From Ramazzottius varieornatus (taxonomy: Eukaryota > Animalia > Tardigrada), in assembly GCA_001949185.1 (NCBI GenBank), contig BDGG01000001.1:1858478-1922477 (forward strand): a DNA stretch of 64,000 nt, written 5' to 3'. Position 1 is the first letter of the stretch. Each line of letters opens with the position of its first letter. The position numbers were made by a program, and so were the translations under genes. Below, piece by piece: positions 13,201-24,644 of this stretch. The notes under the pieces are model-generated. The model made no database searches and was not told the origin of the DNA. It was given only the letters and a program-made list of their open reading frames with translations.

Positions 13201-14802
13201 TCTTGAAGATACTCATCGACAGAATCAACTGCTTCTTCCTCTTGCAATCCAGGGTAGTTGCACCGTTTGAACCACCTCAACTCACCCGCTCTTCTACCGT
13301 TGTTCCTACCGCAGAGTTGTATTGACTGGCGTTCAGCCTCATGGTACCCCAGTATCTGAAAACCCAACAATGTGTTGTCGATATGCAGGACAAAACCACG
13401 TGGAGAAAACAAGAATACCGAGAGGAACCCGAGTATTAGTACATAGTACAACGCGGCTGGTTTCTTCTTACCTTGTGTCAAAGAAATTTGTCACGATGAA
13501 GGTCTGGAAAACATCCAACAGAAATAAGCGGAAAGCCTACAGTCTAGTTCAATGAGAAATTTGTCACGTGTTAAACATACCAGTTGACCAGCCGGGGATG
13601 TTAGATTCATTTTTACCGCTTCGATCTACAACACTGGAGTGGTTCAAAAATCGTACGATCGTTTGTGGAAGACTATCTTACCAGGATGGTTTTGACACAG
13701 TCCATCGGAGCGAAGAAGACCACACCTGAAACCAGCGCAGAGGTCTAATGCAGTCCCGCGTGCAACATGAAATGAGACGACGAACCCGTGTATCGTAGGA
13801 GAACCGCAGAGAGAGTTTCCTGGTAGTATCCCAAATCACTGGTGTTGGTTCCACAAATCCTGATGGGTCTTGGATGCAACGACGCGATCCCCCTCCACAC
13901 CGGATCGTCCCTGGCCGCCAGATACTGTACCTGTGTGTTGTTCCACTGGAAATGGCGCAACATCTTCCTGTGAAAGTCCTTCAAGCGACGGTCCGTGAAC
14001 CCTGTTCGGATGATCGTCGGGAACTGCGTCTTATCCCGTAGCGTATCGGAAGAGGCTACTGCATCGAACAGTGGCTGTTGTTGGGCTACGAATACAACGA
14101 GAAAGTGGAATGGAAGCTTCGCAAACAAACTCAACCAGTAATGATCGTTTTCTAAAGTGGCGCGTGTCTTCGAAGATGTGGGCTGAGAGTGTGCGCCATT
14201 TGGAAAACTCGGCAATAATGTTCTCTCAAGTGACGCACATTTCCGGTGGTGTTGGCTGTAACAGCGCGCCACTTGAGAAAACGATCTGGACGAGGTTGTT
14301 TCCCGGCACCGAAACGAACGTCTCCAACCGAATATCCGAAGAAAACCTTACTGACGAGCCAAGTCGCCATATCCTCCACGCCTTTCAGGCATCCTGGGCC
14401 AAAGTAGGCTGCTGGCACAATGGCGGGAGTTCCGGTGAAGGCGGCTGTTAGCGAAAGCACTGTCACCTGCTCGATAGTTTTATACACCACAACATTGTTC
14501 ACTCTTCCACAATCGTTCAGATCCGATGTTCCAATATACTCGAAATCAAGACGGATATGATAGCCACTCAATGTAGTGTTCCGTAGTTCTTCCAGAGCAT
14601 AGTCCAGTGTGGGTCGCGTCAGTTGTTGGCGGTAAAACAGATCGCCGTTTGTGGGGAAGACGGCGAACAAGGTTAGGTTCATTATCGGAGGAGGTTTCTT
14701 CCGATGCTCAACATCGTTTACCTCCGCCGATAAAATGGAAAAAAATATCGCAGAGAAACACCCGAATATTTCAAATTTTTCGGGTTTCTGCATTGCGGAC
14801 AT
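7241..14802 (-). CDS. Receptor (transmembrane) guanylate cyclase, natriuretic-peptide-receptor-like, >20 exons
   Basis: Signal peptide, ANF-receptor-like ectodomain, TM near 12310-12380, kinase-homology domain ([12 protein letters not shown]…[10 protein letters not shown]), and cyclase core FSDIVSFT…[17 protein letters not shown]…[36 protein letters not shown]…[17 protein letters not shown]. Start codon uncertain (14802 or 14793). Confidence 0.93.
7565..8423. mobile_element. Non-autonomous foldback/MITE, Tc1/mariner-like ends, in the last intron of the guanylate cyclase gene
   Basis: TA|CAGTCAC…GTGACTG|TA. Inverted arms of about 330-350 bp (7565-~7910 vs ~8090-8423) with long near-identical stretches and no real ORF. 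Confidence 0.85.
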
Positions 14803-15391
14803 ACACTCAAAATATTCCGATCTTACGAATTGTCGAACAGAAGATCTTTCCAAGAAGTAGAATTACGTCGCGGAATACTTGCATATCTAACTTCGGAGCT
14901 CCTTTTATGATTCCAGACGATCAGGAATCAGTTTTGGAACAATAACCTCGAGTTTGATAAGATTACGATGGAGAATTCGGTTAGTCAACTGACAGACTTC
15001 ATTCATTTTATCTGAGTTGAATGCGAACGGTCAAAACTGGCTCAGGGACCTCTTCAACAGTTTTCGTATTTCACAGAAACGTAGAATACTTCTTTCTATA
15101 CCATACATGAGCTCTTTCGAGAAATATCACTCGATTGGGCAGTAAAAAACAAAAGGCAGCTGCCATTTTCGATGAGAAACAACAATCTAATAAAACCCTC
15201 CCAACATATTTGAACATGATTCCAAAACCCGTTTGTATGAAGAAAGAAAACATCAACAAAGCGGCAATAGTGACAGGCTTCGCCTGTAAAGATTTCTGGA
15301 CACGGAAAGATTCGTTTGAGCTTAAGCACACCGCTCAGTAAAAACAGAAGATTTTTTCCAAAGACACTTATCTGTATACAGGGACAAGGCT

Positions 15392-17184
15392 TCAGTCCAA
15401 GGTGATGACCTCCGTGATGCGGCCTGCTTCCAGTTTGCGGATTCGGGACTGGACGTGGATGATCTCCACGACATGGTTTTCTTTATCGGACGAAGGCAAT
15501 GAAGAGTGGGTGGAGGCGCCAAGCATTTGCGCTTTGGAGGAGAAAGGAGCGCCTCTTCGTTCACCTCCACGGGAACTTCCATCAGCCGCTTGTGCTTTGC
15601 GAAGAATGTTACACAGTCCACACACAGACGAACTTTGCTGACCTTCTCCACCCTGAAAAAGCCCGCCACATATAATAAATCTTGACGAAACTCAACCTCG
15701 ATTGAAAGAAGCTTGGGAGCTCGACAAGCAAACTCGTCCAGCTCGTTCGTCGAAGTGGCGTAAGCACTGGATCACTTGCACCGGAAGCATGCGTCACTTG
15801 GGAACGCTGTCTTCTACAATTTCCAAAGTGGCGCACGTAATCATCCAACAACACCGAGAACGTGCGCCACTTGGGACAACAGTGTTGCGGAGTTTTCCAA
15901 TTGGCACACGCCCCAGCGAATATCGCTTACAACGTGCGCCACTTGAGAAAACGAGCTAGTCGAATTTTTCATTGCCGGGTTCCCACTTACTGTTTCAGTT
16001 CCCTTCGGACTTGCAAGCAGTTATCGCATCGCTGATTCTGCTGGAGCTGTGGGATTTTCTTGCCCCTCTTAACTCTGGCTTGGATGGTGCGAGTCTTCAG
16101 CTTCTCATTCTCTCGTAGGAACTCTGCCAAACTCCGCTTGCGCCTCTGAGCGTCCTTATGCTGAGTCGACACCCAAAACTGCACTTCCACCTTCAACTTG
16201 GCTACCTTTGAGTGGTAATAGAAGTTTACGAGTTCCCTCACTGAGAATTTGCTTAACAAAGGGTGAAGGTGAAACCTGCAGAGAAATTAAGGACTGAGAT
16301 CCTGTTCAGCCAGCACATTTATTTTTAACTGGCTTCCCTTACGCAAAGAAGTCTTTATGGTCGTTGAACTTATTGTTGGGGTTGGGCTCTTGCCGGAGAC
16401 GCTGGAAGCACTCCTGCTGCTCTTTGTTCAGGAGAGGCGTGTTGGCGTTCTTGAGCCGCTGGATGTTCTTCCGACAAGCCGCGAGATCGAAGTCGAAGGA
16501 AAAGAGGAGGGCCAACGCTTGATCCTGACCGATCCCTCGCTCCAGGTATGCCTCATCCAGAAAACGCTCATGCTTCCTCGAGTTTTCCTTCACACTCCGC
16601 ACTCCAGATGTGAACCTATCAACCACAAAACATGTACACAAGACATTCAAAATGTACCGTCTCTGATGATAACGCAAATATAAGGTCTGCTTTAGCAGAA
16701 TATTCCTCGTTCATCATGCATCTGCATACAGCTGCACAGGCATAACGCCGACGCACCGTGTATGCTGGTGGATGATAAGATGCAGCTGGCTGTTTGCCAG
16801 TTAAGGTAAGGTGACGCAAGACGTCAGAGAAAACCCGATAGTCTGCCGCTACGATTGCACATAGGTGTATCCAGTTCATGACAGCATGCGCAATTTTGCG
16901 AACAGGCCGAAAATCCGACTTACCTCTGGTTGTGCTGTGTCCTGCTCGTATTGTCTTCCAGGCACTGGCAAGTCGTCCTCCGAGATCACAGAATGTGGAA
17001 GATAGCTTTCACTGTAGCCGAACGATTCCTCGAAGGAAGAATTTAAGGTGAGAGACTGACCCCGAGGCCAGATGGAAGATGTGCTAGCTCGCGATTCCCA
17101 TTCTTCTTCATCGGAGGTTGCATTCTCTGATGGTGGGCTAACTTCCCGAGACTGCATTCTCCTTCCATCTTCCGCCCTTCCCAT
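15392..17184 (-). CDS. Divergent ELM2-SANT-like corepressor-family protein (CoREST/MTA-like) with a C-terminal CxxC…CxxC finger
   Basis: DQALALLFSFDFDLAAC resembles the ELM2 end, FSVRELVNFYYHSK resembles SANT helix 3, and RCDNC…VCGLC lies across an intron. Four exons with GT-AG junctions. Confidence 0.55.
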
Positions 17185-18079
17185 CCTAAAATAGAAGGTT
17201 AGAAATAGTGCAGCACATAAATTTTGTAGAAGACAAACGGAAAGAGAAATTTGAAAGTCAAAACTGGAAAAGCGGAGAAACACTGGAAATCAAAAGGCTT
17301 CTTCATCGGCAAGCAAGGTGGCGAAAACAATCAAGCTGAAGTGGACTGAAATTCTGAACTGTGGAGGAGTGCTGCTCTTGCACTCTGTCTCTGTCCAACA
17401 ACAGCCCATACTTGCGCCTGATTCGCGGCCCCCGCTCCGACGCCAAATCTTAATTTTTGATTGGCAATTGGAGAATCTCTCTGGATCAGCAGGCGGAAGA
17501 GCCCATGATAAATTGTCGTTGCTCTATTCTTTCAGCTTTTACGACCCTTTGTCTCGCGCGGCTCTTCGGTAAGTGCATCTCTCACAAAGCTTTTCGCATC
17601 CCTGGAAGGCCGAAAGTGTGGCGCTTTTCTTGTGTGCGGGTATCTTTGAACCAGCAAAGTCAAACTTTGATAACGGTATCGCCGCTACAATTATTACAAC
17701 TGTATCGCAACCAATTTCAAACAAGGAAGTCGCGCGCTGATTTTGTTTGGCCGTTCCCAGTATCAGTCAAAACTAAAAATGTAAGGGGGAAGAGGTCCTA
17801 GAAAATACCGGTATTCTATGGTGGCGCATGCCCATGCAGGTACACTGTTGTCTTGTGGCACATCTTGCACTCTTCAGCGATGAAAGATAAGTATTGCCAT
17901 CTAATTAGACACACTTAACGAAGTGAGAAATCTACTGACATCGTTCAAAATAAGACCAACGCGGAACGATTCTCAGCCGCACTAGAACCATCCATTACCT
18001 CGGTGTGCCACTCTGAGTTCTTCGATTTGCCACCGTCAGATCATCGCGCAAATAGTCAGTAATTTTGAACACTTTCACT

Positions 18080-18994
18080 ATGTTGCGGAGGGGCTTCTGC
18101 ATTCCTTTGCTCTTCGCTTGGCTGGGGTTCATATTATTACATACGGGAACCAGCGCGAAGGCTGAGGATACGGCGGGGCAGAACGAAGCAGAGACCCTCC
18201 AAGCTCGTCTACGCTTGAACGCCTTGTTGAACAAGACACAGGGACCGCTTCCAGGCGGGAACCCTCTCCAGCTACTGCAAAACGTCAACAACACCGTCCT
18301 CCACAGTTCGCTGAAGAAATTATTGGACATCCTGAGGAAGGGGCAATCCGCGAATGACTTAGCTGGGAACAACACCGTATCCGGCAACACCTTGGCCAAG
18401 CTGCTGAGCCTTGGGCGACTCGCGAACTCTACTGGGAACAGTTCTGCGCTGGCGACCCTCATCGAACGCGCCGCCAGAGACAGCTATGGAGGAGGGTACG
18501 GCGGTGGCGGTGGCTATGGTGGATCCGGATGGGGTGGTGGAGGGTATGGAGGAGGATATGGAGGAGGATATGGAGGAGGATGGGGCGGAGGATGGGGCGG
18601 AGGTGAGAAGCCATGTTCATGAATCATGATCAGCGTAAAATGGGACCTTGGGCGAACAAACTCGACATAATGTTTTGCGTGGCTCACGCTTTCAGCCAGT
18701 AACATTGAACATTGAACATTGACGCGCGCCACTTGGGAAAACAATCCTAGCGAGTTTGTTTGCCCAGCGTTGTTGTAGACTGTAAAATGCGGTGGATGTA
18801 TTGCAGGAAATGATCTGGGTTTGCTGCTCTTGCTGAGTGAGAGAGGTGAGCGTTATTATCCCATGTTTTACGGCCAAAAGGCCCAAAACCAGCAAGCTAC
18901 GCAACAGTCGGGCTCGGGTATGGACATGAGCAGTTTGTTACCGCTACTTCTGCTTGGACTGGCTCTCATCGCTCAATTTCCCACGCAAGGGTGA
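18080..18994 (+). CDS. Secreted Gly/Tyr/Trp-rich protein A, 2 exons
   Basis: Signal peptide, Leu/Asn-rich pro-like region, ERAAR then GGGY/GGGW repeats. Exon 2 (from ~18807) reads GNDLGLLLLLSERGERYYPMFY…SGMDMSSLLPLLLLGLALIAQFPTQG*. Confidence 0.85.
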
Positions 18995-20033
18995 AGGAAA
19001 ATCGCCGAGCATTCCATCCTGGCCAGCTTCAAACACTGAAAGCCACAACCTTTCTGGCGACTCCCCCCACTCGTTTTCGTTTTTTCTTCCTCTTTTCTTT
19101 CACGTAGCGGTAGCGCTCTCTAAACGTATGTTCACGTTTTTATATAATGACAATGTATATAAAAACCTTAGACCTCTCACCTCCATTACTTTTCGCAACT
19201 GTTGTTCTGTGTCGTCTTTCAGTGTGAGTGTAAACCTCGCTGGCCGAAAAATAAACATACAGTAGTTCCTTGATGTGACTATTCCCGATTTCCTGACTTG
19301 ACCTGCCTTCTACCACACGCACCGCCGTAAAGATCCACAGCAGTCAGAACCGTATCGGAGCTCGGCAAACAGAACTCGACAAGACTGTCTTCCCAGGTGG
19401 CGCACGTTTGCAGCCAGTCACACTCAAAACGCGCGCGGCGCTATTCGGGGAAACCATCTTGTCGTGTTTTTTGCAAGGGTTCGAGCTTCAACCAGCTTTA
19501 TCAACAATCCGTTGCTCTTCCGGAAGAAGATAATTCGCCAACAAGCGCGTTACGGAAAGACTGATTGTGATTTGTCAGTTTGGGTTTCATTTTTGAAAGC
19601 TTGTCCATTTAGAGATCCGAAGACTGCGCTAATGGGCACGTACCGCCCCAGAGCATTCCAAGCTTGACCAGAGAGCTTCTTGCGGTGATACAGCGGCTGG
19701 TCAAGCGTCCCGGCCTAGTCCGCCAGTCAGTTGACCATCTTCAATTTAACCTAAAGCAAAGAAACAGCATGCTGATTATCAAAGCTTGTAAATCTGCATA
19801 CAGAGAAGGATTAAGAACGAAATCAAGGTCCAACAACCGTAACGACCCAATAAGACTTAGAACGCGGAAGTAAAATGATCAGCTTTGACCTGAAAACCAA
19901 AAGCTAAATAGTGGGTGAAATCCATCAAGCACTATATATTAGTCAGAGTTCGCATTTTCAACTTTTGATTCCACCTTTCTCCTGGCTTGGGCAGACCCAG
20001 GTAACATAAGTCTCATAAACCAAATTCTCCATC

Positions 20034-20919
20034 ATGGGTTGCACGGAGAGGAATCACTTCTTGGTGGCTTTATTGGCAATCTCCGTTCTCCTTCTGGGTT
20101 ATGTGTTCGCCAACAGACCTCAATCGGACTCCCTTCATCCAGACTCGTCCAGGGGTCATCGAATATTGCTGCCAGAAGAACTGACGAACTCTGCCAAAGC
20201 TCCTCAGAGTCAGAACCCCCTGAAGAACCTGCTGAGTTTACTGAAGAACGGACGGGGCGGCCACAGCCAAAATGCGTCGTCCATCATCGATGAGCTCCTG
20301 AATGGCGGGAACTCAACTCAGCTTAACAGTACGCTGTCGTTTTTGTATCGGCTGGGGAACGAGACCAACTACTTCAGGAACCTGACGGCGCTTCAGGAGA
20401 TTATGAACAGGACATCTAGAGGATATGGAGGTGGCGGCTGGGGCGGAGGCGGCGGATGGGGTAAGTTGGCCGTTATGTTAATACCGGACATTCTGAGATA
20501 TTTTCCGCAGCAGTTTTAAAATAAATATCAGTACTGTTTCCGCGATTTCGAACAGACAGAGAATAGGAGCTGGACCGGCAAGCTAAACGCACGAAAGTTT
20601 TACTTCAAGTGACGCAAGCTTTCAGCTAATGAAACTGTGAAAGTGCGCCACTTGAGACAACGATCTTGTTTCGTTGGCTGACCGTCGAATAATCGCAGAC
20701 GATTGTATGGGACTTGCTTTTCATGTTGTCGCTTTCTCAGGTGGGTTCGACCCGACTCTGCTGCTTCTCTTGAACAACGATCATCGCCGCGGGTGGGAGT
20801 ATCCTTACATGCCACAGAGCAACAATCAGCAACAAAGTAGCGGCATGGACTTCGGCCAGCTGGCCTTGCTTACCTTACTGGGTCTTGCTTTGATTTCTCG
20901 GTTCCCCACCCAGGGCTGA
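20034..20919 (+). CDS. Secreted Gly-rich protein B, tandem paralogue of A, 2 exons
   Basis: Same layout as A: signal peptide, NPLKNLLSLLKNG, NRTSR-GYGGGGWGGGGGWG, intron 20461-20740, and exon 2 …SGMDFGQLALLTLLGLALISRFPTQG*. Confidence 0.85.
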
Positions 20920-21742
20920 AGAACTTCACTTCCCTTACATGAGCTGGACAGCGGAAGTTCGCTCCACTGGAGGAAGACAGCATTTCTTGACTGTACAGTT
21001 GACATTTCGACGCCCATGTTCTCTTTTTGTTGTTGCGGGTCTACAAACACGAAGCACGAATTTCCTGATTAAGGTTTACGGTCTTGGTTCGAAGTATGGA
21101 TGAGGATGAACAATAAACCTGTCAGCTTACCAACCTCATGGAGAGTCGAACAGCATTACAATTAGGGAACACCAGGCTCGGCGATCAAACCCCGTCACGT
21201 AAAGCATCTGCCGCATCATTGTCAATCTTTTCCATAATATGAACCACAAACAGAGCGCCACGTCAATCTGGAACAGACTTCAAGCTCATAGTTAATAGCC
21301 TATGTATACGGATAGCATGCGTACTTCCGTGTTGCTCATCCCTCCCATAAATTGCCTGGCTCTCTACTGAGCCATCCGGTAATCACTCAGGCATGCACGG
21401 TAGCGCACACTGACAGGAAAAAACTTCCGACTTTCTTTCCTCCAGGATGACTGGCCTGGAAGAGGCAATGGGTTTTGCCAGCCTGACGAACGCTGACATG
21501 GCAGTCCTTATTCGGCCGTAATTTCAATTGGGCCACGCCAACAACAACAACAACAACTCGCGCAGTTATCAGAGAAGCTACGAAGCTCCCACTTCTGCCT
21601 GCGTATCAGTGTGATCATCTTCTCTGATATGGAAGGTTTGCCTGCCAGTTATTTCCTGGTTGTCGGTTCCTTCTGTCTCTATCCAGCCCACACGCACGAC
21701 TGCTCTTCCGCCTGACCAAATCTGCAAGAAACTCACTGGGAC

Positions 21743-22761
21743 ATGTCGGCATATTATTTCAGGTTTTTGATTACTTCAGGGTGGGAGTATGCATATTTTA
21801 CCATATTCGTTGATTTGATTTTCATTGGACTTGCTCAAGGTTAGTGCCAAGAACGCTTCTGAACGCTCTGATTTTGAAGATTGATCGGTAAGCCGGCAGG
21901 CGACACGGATAAGATTCGTCACATCAACTGGCGCACGCTTCCATTGTCATTGAGTGGAAGCGTGCGCCACTGAGGACAATAATCTTGCGTGCTTTGTTCG
22001 CCGGTCTCGCAGTTGCCGTAAATGTACCTCATTCTTGCCTTGCGCAGGTTCGTCGATCAATATCGGCAAAATGGACTGTGGTCCCTTCTTCTGTCCAAAC
22101 GTAGAGATGGTGGCCGTAACTGTTCCCCCCGAAGGCCACAATGACTCGAGTACCTCACAAGAGACCAGTCTCGACTACTGCTGCTATACCATCCCAAGCG
22201 AAGGAACTGTAGATATGTCCATGCCTTATTGCTGTGACTATGAGGAATATAGCGAAAACTCCTACACGATGGCCGGTCTCGGACCAACCAGGTACCAAAC
22301 ACGGGACCTCGGCAAACATACTCGACAACGAATGTTTTCTAATTGGCGCATGCTTCCAGCCAATAATAAACTCTGATAATACTAATAACTTGACCACGTA
22401 GAAAAACAATCTTGTCGAATTTGTTTGCCGTGCAGATACGAGCTATCATAGTTGTCATTTGTCAAAAACCGTCCGAAACGTACAGTACGTAACCTTGTCT
22501 CATTTACTTTTTTTCGGGTCTGTTTAGCCGTCTCCTTGTGGCCTTTCTCCCTGCTGCGATAGCGGTAAGGGACCACACGTGTGGTGTGTGCATGCATCGT
22601 GAGTTATGGAAAGCAGCTTACATACTACTGTATTACCGGGGTTCCTGTCCTTGCAGCTCTTCCTGGCGACGATTGGAGTGGCCTACATTATGTTTATCAT
22701 TTGCTGTCGCCTCGAGCCTGAACGGGGACCTGTCCGGGGTGGTAGAACGGTCCACCTGTAA
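21743..22761 (+). CDS. Shisa-like single-pass membrane protein, 4 exons
   Basis: Hydrophobic N-terminus; DCGPFFCP…YCC…YCC; TM LLVAFLPAAIA/LFLATIGVAYIMFII followed by CC; stop 22759-22761. Confidence 0.65.
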
Positions 22762-23208
22762 CAATAGAGAAAGCACAAGATCAGAAAAGCTGCATAGAGT
22801 TTTCTTTCTCAAAGTGTAAAATGCTCATGTTAATCACGTACCTCTTTACATGCCTCTGGGATCAAACAGTTGTCTGAAATTTTCAAGAGCGTAAAAAGCA
22901 CACGTCGGTGGCAACTTCTTTCTGAGGGACCTAAGCACAATTCCGGTACAAGACGCGACCGGATTGTGCTGCACGCAGACTACTCACAACCGAGCCCTAT
23001 TTGAGGTGATGCTCAATTTCTTCCGGCCATAGAAAGCAAATCTGGCTTTACGATTGTCGTCTCATACGTAATCTTGTCGCCTTCAGACCATTCACAAAAT
23101 ATATACAATACCCAGAGTACCTTTCCAAAGCCCGTCAACAGCACCACAATCGTGGGCACAATTACAGTCCCGTACTATGCTTGTACCGAATTCGTTCACT
23201 ACCCGTAG

Positions 23209-24326
23209 TCAAAACATAATCGGAGCCCGATGAGGCTTTTCCTCAGCCTGTGGAACAGAGGAAAAAGCTGGTGAAGGTTTGTAGATGATTACATGGAACC
23301 CAGAGCTGTTTGGCGAAGGAGGAATTACGTACCTCGAGGTCTTTGTGGCACGCTATGGCGTGCGCTTGAGCTTCCGCGTCCGTAGTGTAAACTGTTCCGA
23401 CAGAAGACCTAGCTCCTTCCCTCGTACTGTTAGCCCGACTGGAAAACGCTAGACCACTCCGCCTTCTCATACTTCCAGTTCCTCGCATTTGCCTACGTTC
23501 TAAGGGTCGTCGACAGACCAGTTCGAAGGCTGCGCACACTGTTATGACGAAAACCAGCGACATCAACTGCAAAGAGAAACTTTTGATAATAAAACGCCAC
23601 AGAAAGAATTCAGCCATCCCAGTTCTTACAAAAAAGATGAAGACGAAGGTCACAAGCCTGTAACAGTAAATTATTATTTATGACTATAGTTGAAACCCAG
23701 ACAAACTCCACAAAATTGTCTACTCAAGCGGCGCACACTTCCAGTTTTATTTGCTGGCTTCGTGCGCCACTTGGGGAAAGGTTCTGGTCGAGTTCGCTTG
23801 CCGAGGTCCCACTTATTTTGATGACTGAGGAAACACCAAAGTTCCTTACCCAAACCCAGTGCTTCCAAATCCAGCAGTGTTGATCACATAGACTGACCAT
23901 ACACAACACTCTCTCGGTAACTCCCCTGCGATACTGCAGCAGTAAGCAGGAATTTGGACTTGTTCAGGCAAAGTGGAATTGTCCGGGCAAGCTATCCATT
24001 GCAACTCTCCCGCCGATACGTTCCAATAACCACAAGCTTCCTCGGGGTCGTAGCCATCGCATCTCCGAACTAGAAGGCAAAAGAACGGGTCAAACCATCT
24101 GTCGATGTCTTCATCAGAGGCGTACCGTATTCCCTCGAAAGTTCTGCGCAGTCACATGAAAGGCCCATAAAGTAGCCACTGGTGATCGTAGTTCACTCAA
24201 TAGGGTTCCGGGTCTGTTATCTGACTGCGCCAAACTTCCGAGGGAATGCAGTAAAACGGTCCAGTTCGGATTTTTACCCACGAGAAGAACAGTGAGGAGG
24301 AAGTAACCCAGCCACAAGCCTTCCAT
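23209..24326 (-). CDS. Second Shisa-like single-pass membrane protein, convergent with the first, about 5 exons
   Basis: Signal MEGLWLGYFLLTVLLV; ACG…IACP…AYCC…ECC…NTAGFGSTG; TM LVTFVFIFF/LMSLVFVITVC; basic cytoplasmic tail. Confidence 0.65.
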
Positions 24327-24644
24327 ACTCTAACGAAGCTCGCATCCGACCTCGATTATTCACTTTAGATTTTCTAACTGGGAAACCGCCGAGCTGAACA
24401 CGGAACAAAAACTTCCAACTACAAAAAGGGAATAGAGAAGAAGAATCATATGGAGCATGTGAGAATAAACATCTTTTATACTTTGAGGTCCGAATACAAC
24501 GTAAGATCTCACTTGACGTACCGTAGTACTTAAGAAAACAGGAACCAGCCTTTCTAAAACCTGAAGGAAGACTAACCGAAAGCACAAAAGGAAGAACCTG
24601 AGAACTCTTTTCAGCCCAAGGATCCTCAATGAATGGAAGAGTGT

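Noticed and set aside
14152-14300. Recurring peptides such as KWRT, VAHV and VRHL in many ORFs
   Set aside because: They are translations of the palindromic DNA repeat, not a protein motif.
15750-15950. CRISPR-like repeat/spacer appearance of the tandem palindromes
   Set aside because: The context is a eukaryotic intron, there are only 2-3 degenerate units, the spacers are related to one another, and there are no cas genes.
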